From: a virus
Taxonomy: Duplodnaviria > Caudoviricetes
DNA length: 27,922 nt
Strand: one strand, 5' to 3'
IMG/VR virus record: IMGVR_UViG_3300020151_001461
Location: 1-27,922 of that record
Part shown: positions 17,084-27,800 of the stretch, piece after piece
Position numbering within the stretch: position 1 is the stretch's first letter
How the letters are laid out: each line of letters starts with the position of its first letter
Program-made: the position numbers and the translations under genes
Notes under the pieces: generated by a model
Seen by the model: only the letters and a program-made list of their open reading frames with translations
Databases searched by the model: none
Told to the model about the DNA's origin: nothing

Positions 17084-20000
17084 ATGACTTATATGAACAA
17101 CGAAATTTTATCAGGTAATCCGTATTTTGATGACTTTGATGACGCAAAGAAGTTTTTAAGAATTCTATTTAAACCTGGATATGCAGTACAAGCAAGAGAG
17201 TTGACTCAGTTACAAACTCTTCTTCAATCTCAAATTTCAAAATTTGGCGATCATGTATTTACCGATGGTAGTATAGTATTCGGCGGTTCGGTTTCTCTCA
17301 ATAGAACAACCTTTCTAAGAGTTACTGGTAATTATCAAGAATCGTTATTGCGAAATGTTGTTGGTAAAATGCTAACTAGTTTAGATAATACGGTAAAGGC
17401 TAAATGTATTGAAGTTTTACCGTCTACATCTTCTGATAATAATCCTGTATTATTTGTACAGTACCTATCTGCAAAACAATATACTTCAGGTCAAGTGATA
17501 TATGTTGAAAATAATGCAACAAAGTTAAAAGATTTTTGGGAATCTACTTCTAATGTGACTGCGGTTGCATATACAACACAAGAGTTAACAAGTAATGCAA
17601 CTCTTGCTTCCGTAGATACAGGTATATTTTATGTTGATGGATTTTTCGTATCTAATACTAAACAAACTGTTCCATTATATAAAGTAACAGATGGTTATAG
17701 ATATTTTAATCTAACAGATTCATCTATAGGATTTACTATAGAAAGAGATGTTATAACACCATCAATGGATAATACTCTTAAGGATCCTGCCAGCGGCTCA
17801 TATAATTTTAATGCGCCAGGTGCAGATAGATATTCTATAAATTTAGTTTTGTCATCATTTTCTACAACTCCATCTGATGCAAATTACATAGAATTGGCCA
17901 GAGTATTTGATTCTAAATTAACATATTCAAAAACTTCACCATCTTATTCTGAAATATTGGAATTGTTTGCTAGAAGAACTTATGATGAATCTGGAAATTA
18001 TACAGTAAAACCATTCGGACTAGAATTAAAGGAATATTTGAAAAGAGATAAAATATCCTTTAATGCAACAATTTTTATAAATGGTGTACAATCAGCCTTC
18101 ACTTATCCAACATCAGCAACTACATTAGATATTATTTCTTATACTTCAAAGTATCCTGCTCAAGTTGGTGATGTTTTAATTCGTAGTTCGGATGACGATG
18201 CATCCCTCACAGAATATGTTATTACTAAAGTTTCTTCTAGAGATACTATATCATTAGATTTTGAAGTAGTACCCAAGAATGATGCACAAATAACATCTAC
18301 AACTTATACAAATCTTCCAACTAATGCAACAGTATTTTTATTAAAGAGAATGGGAGAAACTACGCAGGACTTAGAAGCGTCATATCGTGTTAATTCTTCA
18401 TATGGAATAAAGATTATTTCAGATGTTTCTGGTGTAGTATCTATAGTAGATTCTACTCCTGCTCCAGGATCCTCAGATTCAGATTTATTTGCCGCTACTG
18501 TAACTCCAGGTAAAGCATATATCTACGGATATGAATTTGAAACAACAACTCCTGTTAATGTATTTGGAACAAAACCAAGAAAATTCTTTTCAGTAGATTC
18601 AGAAACAATAGATTCTACTTTGGGAAATTACTTAGAAGTTACAGCTGTTGATAATAAATTTAGTGCAGATGGATACGATCCAACCTTTGATTTGAATAAC
18701 TTTCCAGATGTTAATCTTCAAAAACTAGGATTAAATTTTAGGTTAGCGCCGGCAAATACTAATTTTTCAGAATTTGTTGTAAAATATTGGTCTCCTTCAA
18801 CAAGAAAGACATTAAACCCATTTGTGAGTTCTGAAGCTCAGTCACAGTGGAATGCATATAATTGGTCTAGTTCTGCTACTACTGCGGTTCAAGAATCTGA
18901 ACATTATTATCCTCATGTAGTTTTTTTACAGCAGTCAGATGAAAGAACATCTAAAGTATTATTAAAAGAAATAGTAAATACTGATACTGAAAATCTAATT
19001 CATGGATTTATAGAAAGACGAGATATTCAATACGGTGATTCTTTATATTGGGCATTGTTGCCAAATAAAACAGATACTGATGTACATGAACCACAAACCA
19101 TTGATGCACCTGTAAATATTTTAGATTCCTCTTATGAAACTGAAACTGGAATTTCTAGATTAGTGTTTAATCAAGCATGGACTGGTGATTTTATTACTGC
19201 ATATGATCAAGGTTTTGATGGTTATGATTCAGGGAAAAAATATACAAGAGGATATTCTACAAGTTCGGTATCAGATGTATATCAAATAGATTATATTAAT
19301 TTAGGATCTGTAGTAACAGATTCCGAAGGCAATGTAAGTGAAAATAATCTAAGACAGAGTATTAGAGTTAAGAAAGCAAAATCTAGAAGATGGGTTCCTG
19401 GAAGTTCTAATGATTCACTTTCGTTGTCTGACAATAGTTTATTCATTAAAATACCAACTAGTAATATTGTGTTTGGTCCAACATTAAATGAAACCAGAGG
19501 ATTTTCTTTACCAAATTCTACATCAGATTTAATTGAACATGGTGTTGTATTTAATCCATCACTTGGTTATGAAAACAGTTATGGTTCGAGCATTCAGGTT
19601 GTTATTGCAGAACCGAATGTTGTTAAATTGACACTTCAAGGACCTATTACTAGTAGTACATCATGCAGTCAGACACTTACTTCAATTGAAAATAATACTA
19701 CAAAAAGAAACTTTGGTTCCTTTAGAGAAGGTGAAGAAGTATTACAGGTTTATTACAGAAATAATAATGGATATACAGCAACTGGTATTGTTAAAAAAGT
19801 AATAACAAATGGTGATTCTTATGAAGTTTTTGTTAAGATTACTGGTAATGAAGCACCTGTAGATTTTATTCCACAATCATATGAAGGTATTACTACAACT
19901 GGTGGTGAATATGAATATTCTGGTATTAGTGCTTTATTACAAGGAACAAATATTATAAATGATGGTCCTATTTGTGCATGTTACACTATTACTGCAGTTT

Positions 20001-23000
20001 CTTCTTTTGCTGAAGGTAATCCGACTTGTGGTGAATTTACTGAAATAACATTCAACGAAGGTTATCAATTTGGTAAAAATTTCGAAGTTGGTGAACAAGT
20101 ATACCAATTCGATATTGACTATGTTCCTTTAGATAACGCCCAACCTCCATCAAATTTTGATGCCCAAAAGGTTTTAGCTCTTGGTACTGTTATGAGTTGG
20201 GATACGAAAACTTGTACTCTTTCAATATTAGTAACAAAAAACGAATTTAAACAAAAATCAGGATGGATTTTTGGTAGAAATAGTAGGGTTCGTTATGGTG
20301 GAAGAGGTTGGAATTTAAATCAACATGCTCAGATAACGCAGACTTATGGTTCGGAACAAATAAAAGAAGTAGAACAAGCAACTGGTATATTTGTAGATCT
20401 TGATGCAAGAGAAGATATAAGTTTTGTTGATTCTTTTAATACTTCATCAAAATCTATTGTTCGTGCAGCATATCAAGTAGAAACATATAGTAATGTTGAA
20501 ATTAATCTTACTGGTGAAACAACTTCACAAAATTCTAAAGCATTGACTGGTTCTAGTCCTTGGTATACAGAGCAACAGTATGCTAGTATTACTGGTGATA
20601 TATTTACCGCAAAAGGAAATATTATTAGCTATACTCCTCCAAGTCCTGTAACTGGTTATGGTTATTTAATAATGGAACCAATTGCTGGTATGGAAGAATT
20701 CTTTGCATTTAGAAATGGTATTCCAAATACTTTGAGCGTTTCTAATTCTGCTGGTGAAATTGATACTACTATTTCAGTAATAGCTGCAGAATCTGTAGTT
20801 CCTAATGAATCCTTTTATCAACCTATATCGGTTAATAGTTTTATACAAACATTTACAGGATCAAGTAATGCTGTCAATTATGTAACAGTAGCAACAGCTA
20901 AAGCAAAACAATTAAAACAAGTTGACGGAACTCTTTATAATGTATATCTGACAGAGATAAAACCATTTGTACTTCCAAATAGCAACACATATTATACACT
21001 TGATAATATAGAAAGAATAACAAGAACTAGAGTGGATGGAAATGGTAATGATATAGAACAGGAAATGTTTAAAATTGGGCAATACAATGCAGACGGAACT
21101 GCAATTTTGCCTTCTTCCAAAAATATACAACAATCTAACAATAGTTCATTATTATATAAATTTCCAATAGGTGATAAGGTTAAATCTGTTACTTCATTAA
21201 CTTATGAAATACAAGTAGATTTAAAAAGTAATTATAGTGTTACAAATGGTTTATTATTTAATACTGAAATGACAGGAAATGTTAAATTTAAGGGTGAAAA
21301 TTACACGGGTAGTTTTTATTATGTTGATATTAGCATTCTTAGAGAATATGTTTTAATTGCTCCCGATTCTACAATTATAAATTTAACAGATTCTACAGTA
21401 CAAACTAGAATTATAAATGCTGGAAAAACTTTACAGATAACAGATTCTTCTGACAGATTAGTTACTGGCACATACACACTAATATGTCCAATGCTAGTTG
21501 AAGGTTCTACTTCTTCTAATATTAGATACAAGCAAAAGAAGAGAATTTTTGAAACTGTTAAATTTGATGACAGTACTGGTTTAATATCTTTATCTAAGTC
21601 AGATGTTGTTAGTTTAGAATCATGTATTAATTTATCAACCACTTCCCCTACTATAATACCATTAGATATATTACAACTAAATGGTAATCAGAAAAATAAT
21701 GTTTATGAACTATCTACTATAAATGCAACTCAAAAATGGAGAGATGCAAATATTAAGAATGGTTCTGAAGTAACAACGAGTCCTAATGGTATAAAGTGTT
21801 TAGTATCTTATACATATTATGAGCATACTGGAATTGGACCTATTCTTGCTGGTTCGTATGTTGATGGATATGATAGTATTCCACACTTCTTAGATCCATT
21901 AACTAATAAAAAGATATCATTAGATTCTGTTGTTGATTTTAGACCATTTCAATATGTTGATGCTACTAAGAAAATAGTAACTTCTGGAGTATATGGTATA
22001 CCATCTAGTGGTTCTGCGATATACACTAATTATAGTTATTATATACCAAACAAATATAGTTTAGTATTAAGTAGAGATAAGCAATTTTATATAATTTCTG
22101 GTACTTCTGCTATTAATCCAGAAAGTCCAGAGCTGCCACCAAATTCTATGACTCTATTCAATTTTGATATGGAACCTTATACAGTAAATGCAAATACTGT
22201 AAAAACTATGAGTGTGAATCATCAAAGATACACAATGGATGATATTAGAAAAATAGAAGATAGAGTCGATAATTTAGAATATACTACAAGACTTTCTTTG
22301 TTAGAGCAAGAAGCTAAGGCTATAAGAATAATGAATGGAACAACTGGAGTAGAAAAACCAAAGACATCTATATTAGTAGATTCTTTTGTTACTCATGAAG
22401 TTGGTGATACATTAAATCCTGATTATAATATAAGTATAGATTCTGAACAAAATCTATTAAGGCCGCCATTTGATGCTAAATTTATACAACTGAATAACAC
22501 AGGATCTAGTAGTGTACTTTTTAGTTCCAATTCCATATTGAATGCTGCAACATCATATCCAGAAAATCTTGCATATTTAAATTATACTTTAATACCTATA
22601 ATAGACCAACGAGTTACAAACAATTCATTTGTTGTAAATCCGTTTTCTAGTTCGGTATGGGTTGGTAATATTTCAATTAACAATTCTACAAATCCAGAAT
22701 ACGATAATAGCATAGCACCTTATATAATAAGTAATTCAAATGGAAATAATGATACATTTGAAAATATGAAATATTCTCCATTAAATTATAATCTTGGTGC
22801 GTTTGGTACTAAGTGGAACTTCTGGCAAACTAATTGGCAGGGATATAGACAGAATAGTCAAAATGTCAAATCATCTTATGGTAGGCTTGTCGATTATATT
22901 AAAAGTCAAGTTCCTAAAATTCCAAAAAAGTTGTTTGGATCTAAGGCATTGAATGCGGATTTGACTACCTATATGCCAAGTTTTTCTACGGGAATTAGAA

Positions 23001-24607
23001 TAAGTGGATTAAAACCCAACACCTTAGTATATCCATTCTTTGATGGTGTTAGAGTAGATTCTTATATGAGCAAAACCACTTTACAAAGTGATTCTTCTGG
23101 AAGTATTGATGTTATTTTTAATATTCCTAGTAGAACATTTAAATCTGGTGAAAAGTATTTTGTTGTATCTGATGATCCAAATGGAGATAAGTCGCTGTCA
23201 ACAACTTATGCTGAATATAAGATTTTAAATTCGGCTATATCTAATGAGTCGTCAGATTATCTTTCCATGTTTGGTAGTAAAACAACAGAAACAAAATCTA
23301 ATGATATGATAGATTATAGATCAGTTGTTGCTCAAAAATTCTTTGTAGATGAAAGACAATACCCAAGAGGAGTATTTGTAAAGAGACTTGATATATTCTT
23401 TAAGACAAAAGAAACTAGTAGCAACTATCCAATAACCTTGGATATCAGACCTGTAAGAGAAGGATATCCTATAGTTGGACCTGGATCTTTTTCTTATCCT
23501 AATGCATCTATAACAAAATTACCATATCAAATAAATACTTCTGATGTAGTAGGACCTTCATCTAGCGGTACAGTATTTGAATTTGATGCACCTGTTCATT
23601 TATTGCCAGGTGAACATGCAATAGTATTGAGTACAAATAGTAATAATTATTCAGTACACTCTTCTGACTATGGTTCAAATAGTACAGAATCTGGTGGTAG
23701 AATTTCACCTGCTCCATATGTTGGTAAATTAATGACTACTAATAATAGTAAGACTTGGACAGTATATGAAAATACGGATATTGCGTTTGTGTTAAATCGT
23801 TGTTCGTTTGTTTCTAATGGATATATAACATTCAATGATCCATATTCTTCTAGACTCCCCCATCTTTATTCTTATGCTAATATTAATTTATCATATTCAG
23901 ATTTAAATTCTAATCAAATAGATTGTACTATTGCAACTATTAATCAAAATGACGGAGACCCTTCAAGGTTTGAATCAGAGGTGCTTTCTGTTAATATAAA
24001 TTCAAATATACAATTTGATAAATTAAAGTATTTTAAATATAATAACAATTCTTTTAACTTAACTATTAATTTGAGAAGTGATGGAGTAATTTCACCTATA
24101 TTAGATCTTAATAGTCTTCGTTTAATTGCTATTAAAAATCTTATAAAGACTCCACGCGGTGGATATGCTGATATAGACATAGATAGAACTGACAATGAAT
24201 TGAGACCATCATCATTAGTTCATGAAGAATATGCTAATGCTCGCTATATAACCAAAATAGTTGAATTAGATCCTGAAATGATGACTAAGGAATGTCATGT
24301 GTTCTTAAAATTAACTAAGCCAAAGTCTACTAATATTAAAGTTTATATTAAGAGACAGTATGTTAATACTGATATAAATATAAATGAAATAGAATACGAA
24401 GAGATGATTTCAACAGGAATAGTACCAGAATCAACCCGTGCAGGAGAATATATTGATCTGCATTATGTAATACCAGCAGATAGAATATCTAATATAATTT
24501 CTAGATATAATATTAAAATTGCCATGTTTAGCAACTTGATGGATTACTCTAATGATGTTCCAATGGTAAAGGATCTTAAAATAATAACAACTCCAGGTGA
24601 TGTATGA
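17084..24607 (+). CDS. Large virion structural protein, DUF4815/VrlC-like (2507 aa)
   Basis: PYFDDFDDAKKFLRILFKPGYAVQARELTQLQTLLQSQI, NFNAPGADRY, ARRTYDESGNYTV.PF, PGKAYI.GYE, RYTMDDIRKIEDRV.NLEYTT.LSLLE, AQKFFV...GVFVKRLDIFF and ARYITK.V.L motifs typical of the VrlC-like protein that follows gp8 in aquatic T4-like phages; AAGGA SD. Confidence 0.85.
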   Translation: MTYMNNEILSGNPYFDDFDDAKKFLRILFKPGYAVQARELTQLQTLLQSQISKFGDHVFTDGSIVFGGSVSLNRTTFLRVTGNYQESLLRNVVGKMLTSLDNTVKAKCIEVLPSTSSDNNPVLFVQYLSAKQYTSGQVIYVENNATKLKDFWESTSNVTAVAYTTQELTSNATLASVDTGIFYVDGFFVSNTKQTVPLYKVTDGYRYFNLTDSSIGFTIERDVITPSMDNTLKDPASGSYNFNAPGADRYSINLVLSSFSTTPSDANYIELARVFDSKLTYSKTSPSYSEILELFARRTYDESGNYTVKPFGLELKEYLKRDKISFNATIFINGVQSAFTYPTSATTLDIISYTSKYPAQVGDVLIRSSDDDASLTEYVITKVSSRDTISLDFEVVPKNDAQITSTTYTNLPTNATVFLLKRMGETTQDLEASYRVNSSYGIKIISDVSGVVSIVDSTPAPGSSDSDLFAATVTPGKAYIYGYEFETTTPVNVFGTKPRKFFSVDSETIDSTLGNYLEVTAVDNKFSADGYDPTFDLNNFPDVNLQKLGLNFRLAPANTNFSEFVVKYWSPSTRKTLNPFVSSEAQSQWNAYNWSSSATTAVQESEHYYPHVVFLQQSDERTSKVLLKEIVNTDTENLIHGFIERRDIQYGDSLYWALLPNKTDTDVHEPQTIDAPVNILDSSYETETGISRLVFNQAWTGDFITAYDQGFDGYDSGKKYTRGYSTSSVSDVYQIDYINLGSVVTDSEGNVSENNLRQSIRVKKAKSRRWVPGSSNDSLSLSDNSLFIKIPTSNIVFGPTLNETRGFSLPNSTSDLIEHGVVFNPSLGYENSYGSSIQVVIAEPNVVKLTLQGPITSSTSCSQTLTSIENNTTKRNFGSFREGEEVLQVYYRNNNGYTATGIVKKVITNGDSYEVFVKITGNEAPVDFIPQSYEGITTTGGEYEYSGISALLQGTNIINDGPICACYTITAVSSFAEGNPTCGEFTEITFNEGYQFGKNFEVGEQVYQFDIDYVPLDNAQPPSNFDAQKVLALGTVMSWDTKTCTLSILVTKNEFKQKSGWIFGRNSRVRYGGRGWNLNQHAQITQTYGSEQIKEVEQATGIFVDLDAREDISFVDSFNTSSKSIVRAAYQVETYSNVEINLTGETTSQNSKALTGSSPWYTEQQYASITGDIFTAKGNIISYTPPSPVTGYGYLIMEPIAGMEEFFAFRNGIPNTLSVSNSAGEIDTTISVIAAESVVPNESFYQPISVNSFIQTFTGSSNAVNYVTVATAKAKQLKQVDGTLYNVYLTEIKPFVLPNSNTYYTLDNIERITRTRVDGNGNDIEQEMFKIGQYNADGTAILPSSKNIQQSNNSSLLYKFPIGDKVKSVTSLTYEIQVDLKSNYSVTNGLLFNTEMTGNVKFKGENYTGSFYYVDISILREYVLIAPDSTIINLTDSTVQTRIINAGKTLQITDSSDRLVTGTYTLICPMLVEGSTSSNIRYKQKKRIFETVKFDDSTGLISLSKSDVVSLESCINLSTTSPTIIPLDILQLNGNQKNNVYELSTINATQKWRDANIKNGSEVTTSPNGIKCLVSYTYYEHTGIGPILAGSYVDGYDSIPHFLDPLTNKKISLDSVVDFRPFQYVDATKKIVTSGVYGIPSSGSAIYTNYSYYIPNKYSLVLSRDKQFYIISGTSAINPESPELPPNSMTLFNFDMEPYTVNANTVKTMSVNHQRYTMDDIRKIEDRVDNLEYTTRLSLLEQEAKAIRIMNGTTGVEKPKTSILVDSFVTHEVGDTLNPDYNISIDSEQNLLRPPFDAKFIQLNNTGSSSVLFSSNSILNAATSYPENLAYLNYTLIPIIDQRVTNNSFVVNPFSSSVWVGNISINNSTNPEYDNSIAPYIISNSNGNNDTFENMKYSPLNYNLGAFGTKWNFWQTNWQGYRQNSQNVKSSYGRLVDYIKSQVPKIPKKLFGSKALNADLTTYMPSFSTGIRISGLKPNTLVYPFFDGVRVDSYMSKTTLQSDSSGSIDVIFNIPSRTFKSGEKYFVVSDDPNGDKSLSTTYAEYKILNSAISNESSDYLSMFGSKTTETKSNDMIDYRSVVAQKFFVDERQYPRGVFVKRLDIFFKTKETSSNYPITLDIRPVREGYPIVGPGSFSYPNASITKLPYQINTSDVVGPSSSGTVFEFDAPVHLLPGEHAIVLSTNSNNYSVHSSDYGSNSTESGGRISPAPYVGKLMTTNNSKTWTVYENTDIAFVLNRCSFVSNGYITFNDPYSSRLPHLYSYANINLSYSDLNSNQIDCTIATINQNDGDPSRFESEVLSVNINSNIQFDKLKYFKYNNNSFNLTINLRSDGVISPILDLNSLRLIAIKNLIKTPRGGYADIDIDRTDNELRPSSLVHEEYANARYITKIVELDPEMMTKECHVFLKLTKPKSTNIKVYIKRQYVNTDININEIEYEEMISTGIVPESTRAGEYIDLHYVIPADRISNIISRYNIKIAMFSNLMDYSNDVPMVKDLKIITTPGDV

Positions 24608-24822
24608 TGAAGCATATAAAAATAGAAGGAAATGTTAATCTTGTTAAAGATTTTCACTCTAAAGCAATATTAAATACAAATAAAGAAGAAATAACACAAT
24701 ATACTAATAAAATAAAAAATGAGAATAAAATGCTGCAATTAGAATCTGAAGTAAAATTGTTAAAGAACCAATTGAATATGATAACTAATTTTTTAATAAA
24801 TAACAAGGCAAGAGAAAAATAA
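24604..24822 (+). CDS. Small conserved hypothetical protein with C-terminal coiled coil
   Basis: KIEGNVNLVKDFHSKAILNTN followed by heptads LESEVKLLKNQL; resembles the small gene that commonly follows VrlC-like genes. ATGA and TAATG overlaps on either side. Confidence 0.75.
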   Translation: MMKHIKIEGNVNLVKDFHSKAILNTNKEEITQYTNKIKNENKMLQLESEVKLLKNQLNMITNFLINNKAREK

Positions 24823-27800
24823 TGTCAACTAACGAAGATATAACACCAAACATTACTAAATTAGAACTCTCAGATGATTTCTATACATTATTCCTCGCTA
24901 CCAATAAATTAATAGATTATGTCAATCCTATTCAACTATATGATGTGACATTAGGGGCAGCATTTACCGAGTCTAGGGGTAGTGGAGTTGTTAGTATTGA
25001 TTTGAATGTTGGTAATGGATTAAAACTTTTCCCTTCAGTGGGATCTGGAAATTTGACCATAGATCTAGAAGCAATATATTCATCTAGTGAAGTTGTTTTA
25101 CATAGTGATTATATTTTAGTAGAACGTCCTTCTACTACAGATACCAATTATATATTTTCTGTCTCAGCAGAGGACATGCTTCCTCCCACATTAAATGATG
25201 ATCATTTGTTTTATGGAACTATTACTGTAAATGCATTAAATGTAAATGATAATGTTGTAAGATTACAATATGGTGACTCCACAACTCAGAATGATTCTGG
25301 TCTTATATTGGATACCACTTCAAGCACCAAAGTTAAATTCACATATAATACTACAAAATCTGCTTGGTTTTCTAGTAAGAATTTAGGATTACAAGATGGA
25401 TATTCATTTGTAACAAATGGTACGAGTAAAGACGCATATTTCAGATACGCAACAACAGGTAGTCAATATGATGTTATTCTTGAAATGTCTATGGGTGTAT
25501 CAAATACTTCAAGCGATGATGCATCTTGGTTAATAGAAGCAAGAAGATTATTAAGAAAATTAGATTTTGTTTATAGAAATAGTTTAACAACAGATTTAGA
25601 TAGAGTAATATTTTCTGCTGAATTGGATGATGAGTATGGTTATGGTAGTACATTTTACATATCAGATAAAATAAACATAGGTAATGTTGAAGATTCTGTT
25701 AATTTTAAATCAATAACAAACTACTCTGCAAATATTATTCCTATCAGTAATTCATATGGAGTTCTTGATAGTAAGTGGACAAATCGTTATGTTACTTCAA
25801 ATTATAGTTTAATTTCAGTTGGTGATATTGTTAGCATTTATGATCATACAAGCGGTAGTGCTATGGTTGTAAAGGAAACACTTAGTAGTTCATCTACAAA
25901 TGAATTAGATACGCATCCAATTGGAATTGTAGAAAAGATATCTGGTGGTGTTGCTTATATTGCTATGCTAGGAGAATTTACTTTGACGAGTACTCCATCT
26001 CCAGCATTGGTATCTGGACTTACTTATTATTTAACTACAGGATCACCAAACTATACATTAAATAAACCTGCTTCGGGAATGATAAAACCTCTCTTTATTG
26101 CAACTGGAAATGCAAGTGGTATTATATTCCCTATGAGTTCTGGTCTTTTATCTTATGGTCAATTTTCGGTGGATGATGCAGGAGAATCTGGTTATATAAT
26201 CGGTGCTGGTTCTCCTGTATACTCTTCATCAACTAATGGAAATGTCACATTTAAAGCCGGCACTGGTATTACTCTTCAAACAGATAATTTTTCAAAAGAA
26301 ATAACAATTAGATCATTAACTGCTGGCAGCCAACCTGCATATTCTCAAATCTATACAGTAACTGACGGTAGTCTATTACAATCAACTACTCCTTCTGATA
26401 CATTGATATTTACAGGAGGTGGTGGTAATATTGAAATAACTGGTGATAATAATACCAATGCAGATTCTGTAACAATTCGTGGTAAATTTTTCAGTAATGT
26501 TGCAATTACAAGTGATGATACAAATGAAGAAACTGATTCATTCGAAGCATCGTATGATGACACCATAACATTCTATGGTGGTACTGGAATTCAATTATCC
26601 AGATATGCACCAGGATCTAATGCAATTAGAATTGTTGCAACTAGCGATATCGCTCAATCTGTTATTGGTGATTATAGTTTAGCATTAAGAAAATTATCAA
26701 AACAATCAAAGAATTCTATTCTTTACACTTCATCTACTTCAAGTTATGAAGAAATCAGAGCACTGCAAGCATCTAATGTATATGGTTCATTTTTAGTAGC
26801 CAATACCACTGGACAGATTTCTTGGTCTTCGCCATTCTTTACTATGACAAGTTATGTTGCTAGTAATGTTTTAAATGCTGGTGAAGTTACATACAATAAA
26901 AATGATAATAGATTTTTTGGTATCTCTACATATAATTCTTCTAGTGTGATCAAAGATACTGCATTTTTTATACAAAATACTTTTGGCGGTGGTAATAATA
27001 GAATACAAGTTAGTTTAGTAGAAGGAGCAGGCATTCAATTAACAGTTGTAAAGGATCCAACAGATCCTGCATGGACTGGCGCGCCTTCTATTACTATTAC
27101 TAATACTGCTACAGGAACTCAGTTTAATAATTTTTATATTGGTGATACTGGTGAAACTCTGTTTGCTGGTGCTGATGGTAGATTGAATTTACTTACTGCT
27201 GTAGGATCTCCAATTGTATTGGATAGTGATACAAACACACAAAATTTATATTTTAATATAAGCGATAACAGCATTACTAATAGACATCTGTCAGTCATGG
27301 CAGACAATACTGTAAAAATTGGTAGAGGAACTACAGATCCTTCAACTCCAGAAGATTTGCTTATAAGTTCGAATTCGGTACTTGGTAGATTGTCTGGCGA
27401 TCTTCAATCATTATCTAGAACTAATTTATTGGAATTACTTCAATTTAGCGGTAGTTCTTACTTCAATGAAGTTGAAGGGGATTCTGGATATACCACATCA
27501 TTGGATTCTGAAACATTAACATTGATTGGTGGAGCAGGTATTACAGTAGATGTTGATACAAATAATAGAGTAGTTATTACTAATACATTACCAGATTCTG
27601 GTACTGATATGGGTATCAATCTTGTTGGTACTAGATCATATAATGGTACATCTTTTAGTTATCAAAATGCTTTAAGTGGATTGACTAAACTTTATTTCGA
27701 TAGCACCACCTCAGATTCTGATGAAGTTGTACAAGCCGATATTTTGGCTTCATTCTCTCCTGTTGCAGGAGATTCTCTAAAGGGTGCTATTTCCTTAAAA

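Noticed and set aside
3687-24380. Other TATAAATA-like sites (3687, 4854, 6865, 10591, 16813, 24373)
   Set aside because: Mostly intragenic or imperfect, and several such A/T-only 8-mers are expected by chance in sequence this AT-rich. Some may be real but cannot be supported from sequence alone.
2817-27034. Short antisense ORFs (2817, 3481, 8254, 8664, 9326, 9783, 11954, 16766, 16944, 20912, 21319, 23944, 26351, 26852)
   Set aside because: All overlap well-supported structural genes on the opposite strand and have no recognisable motifs.
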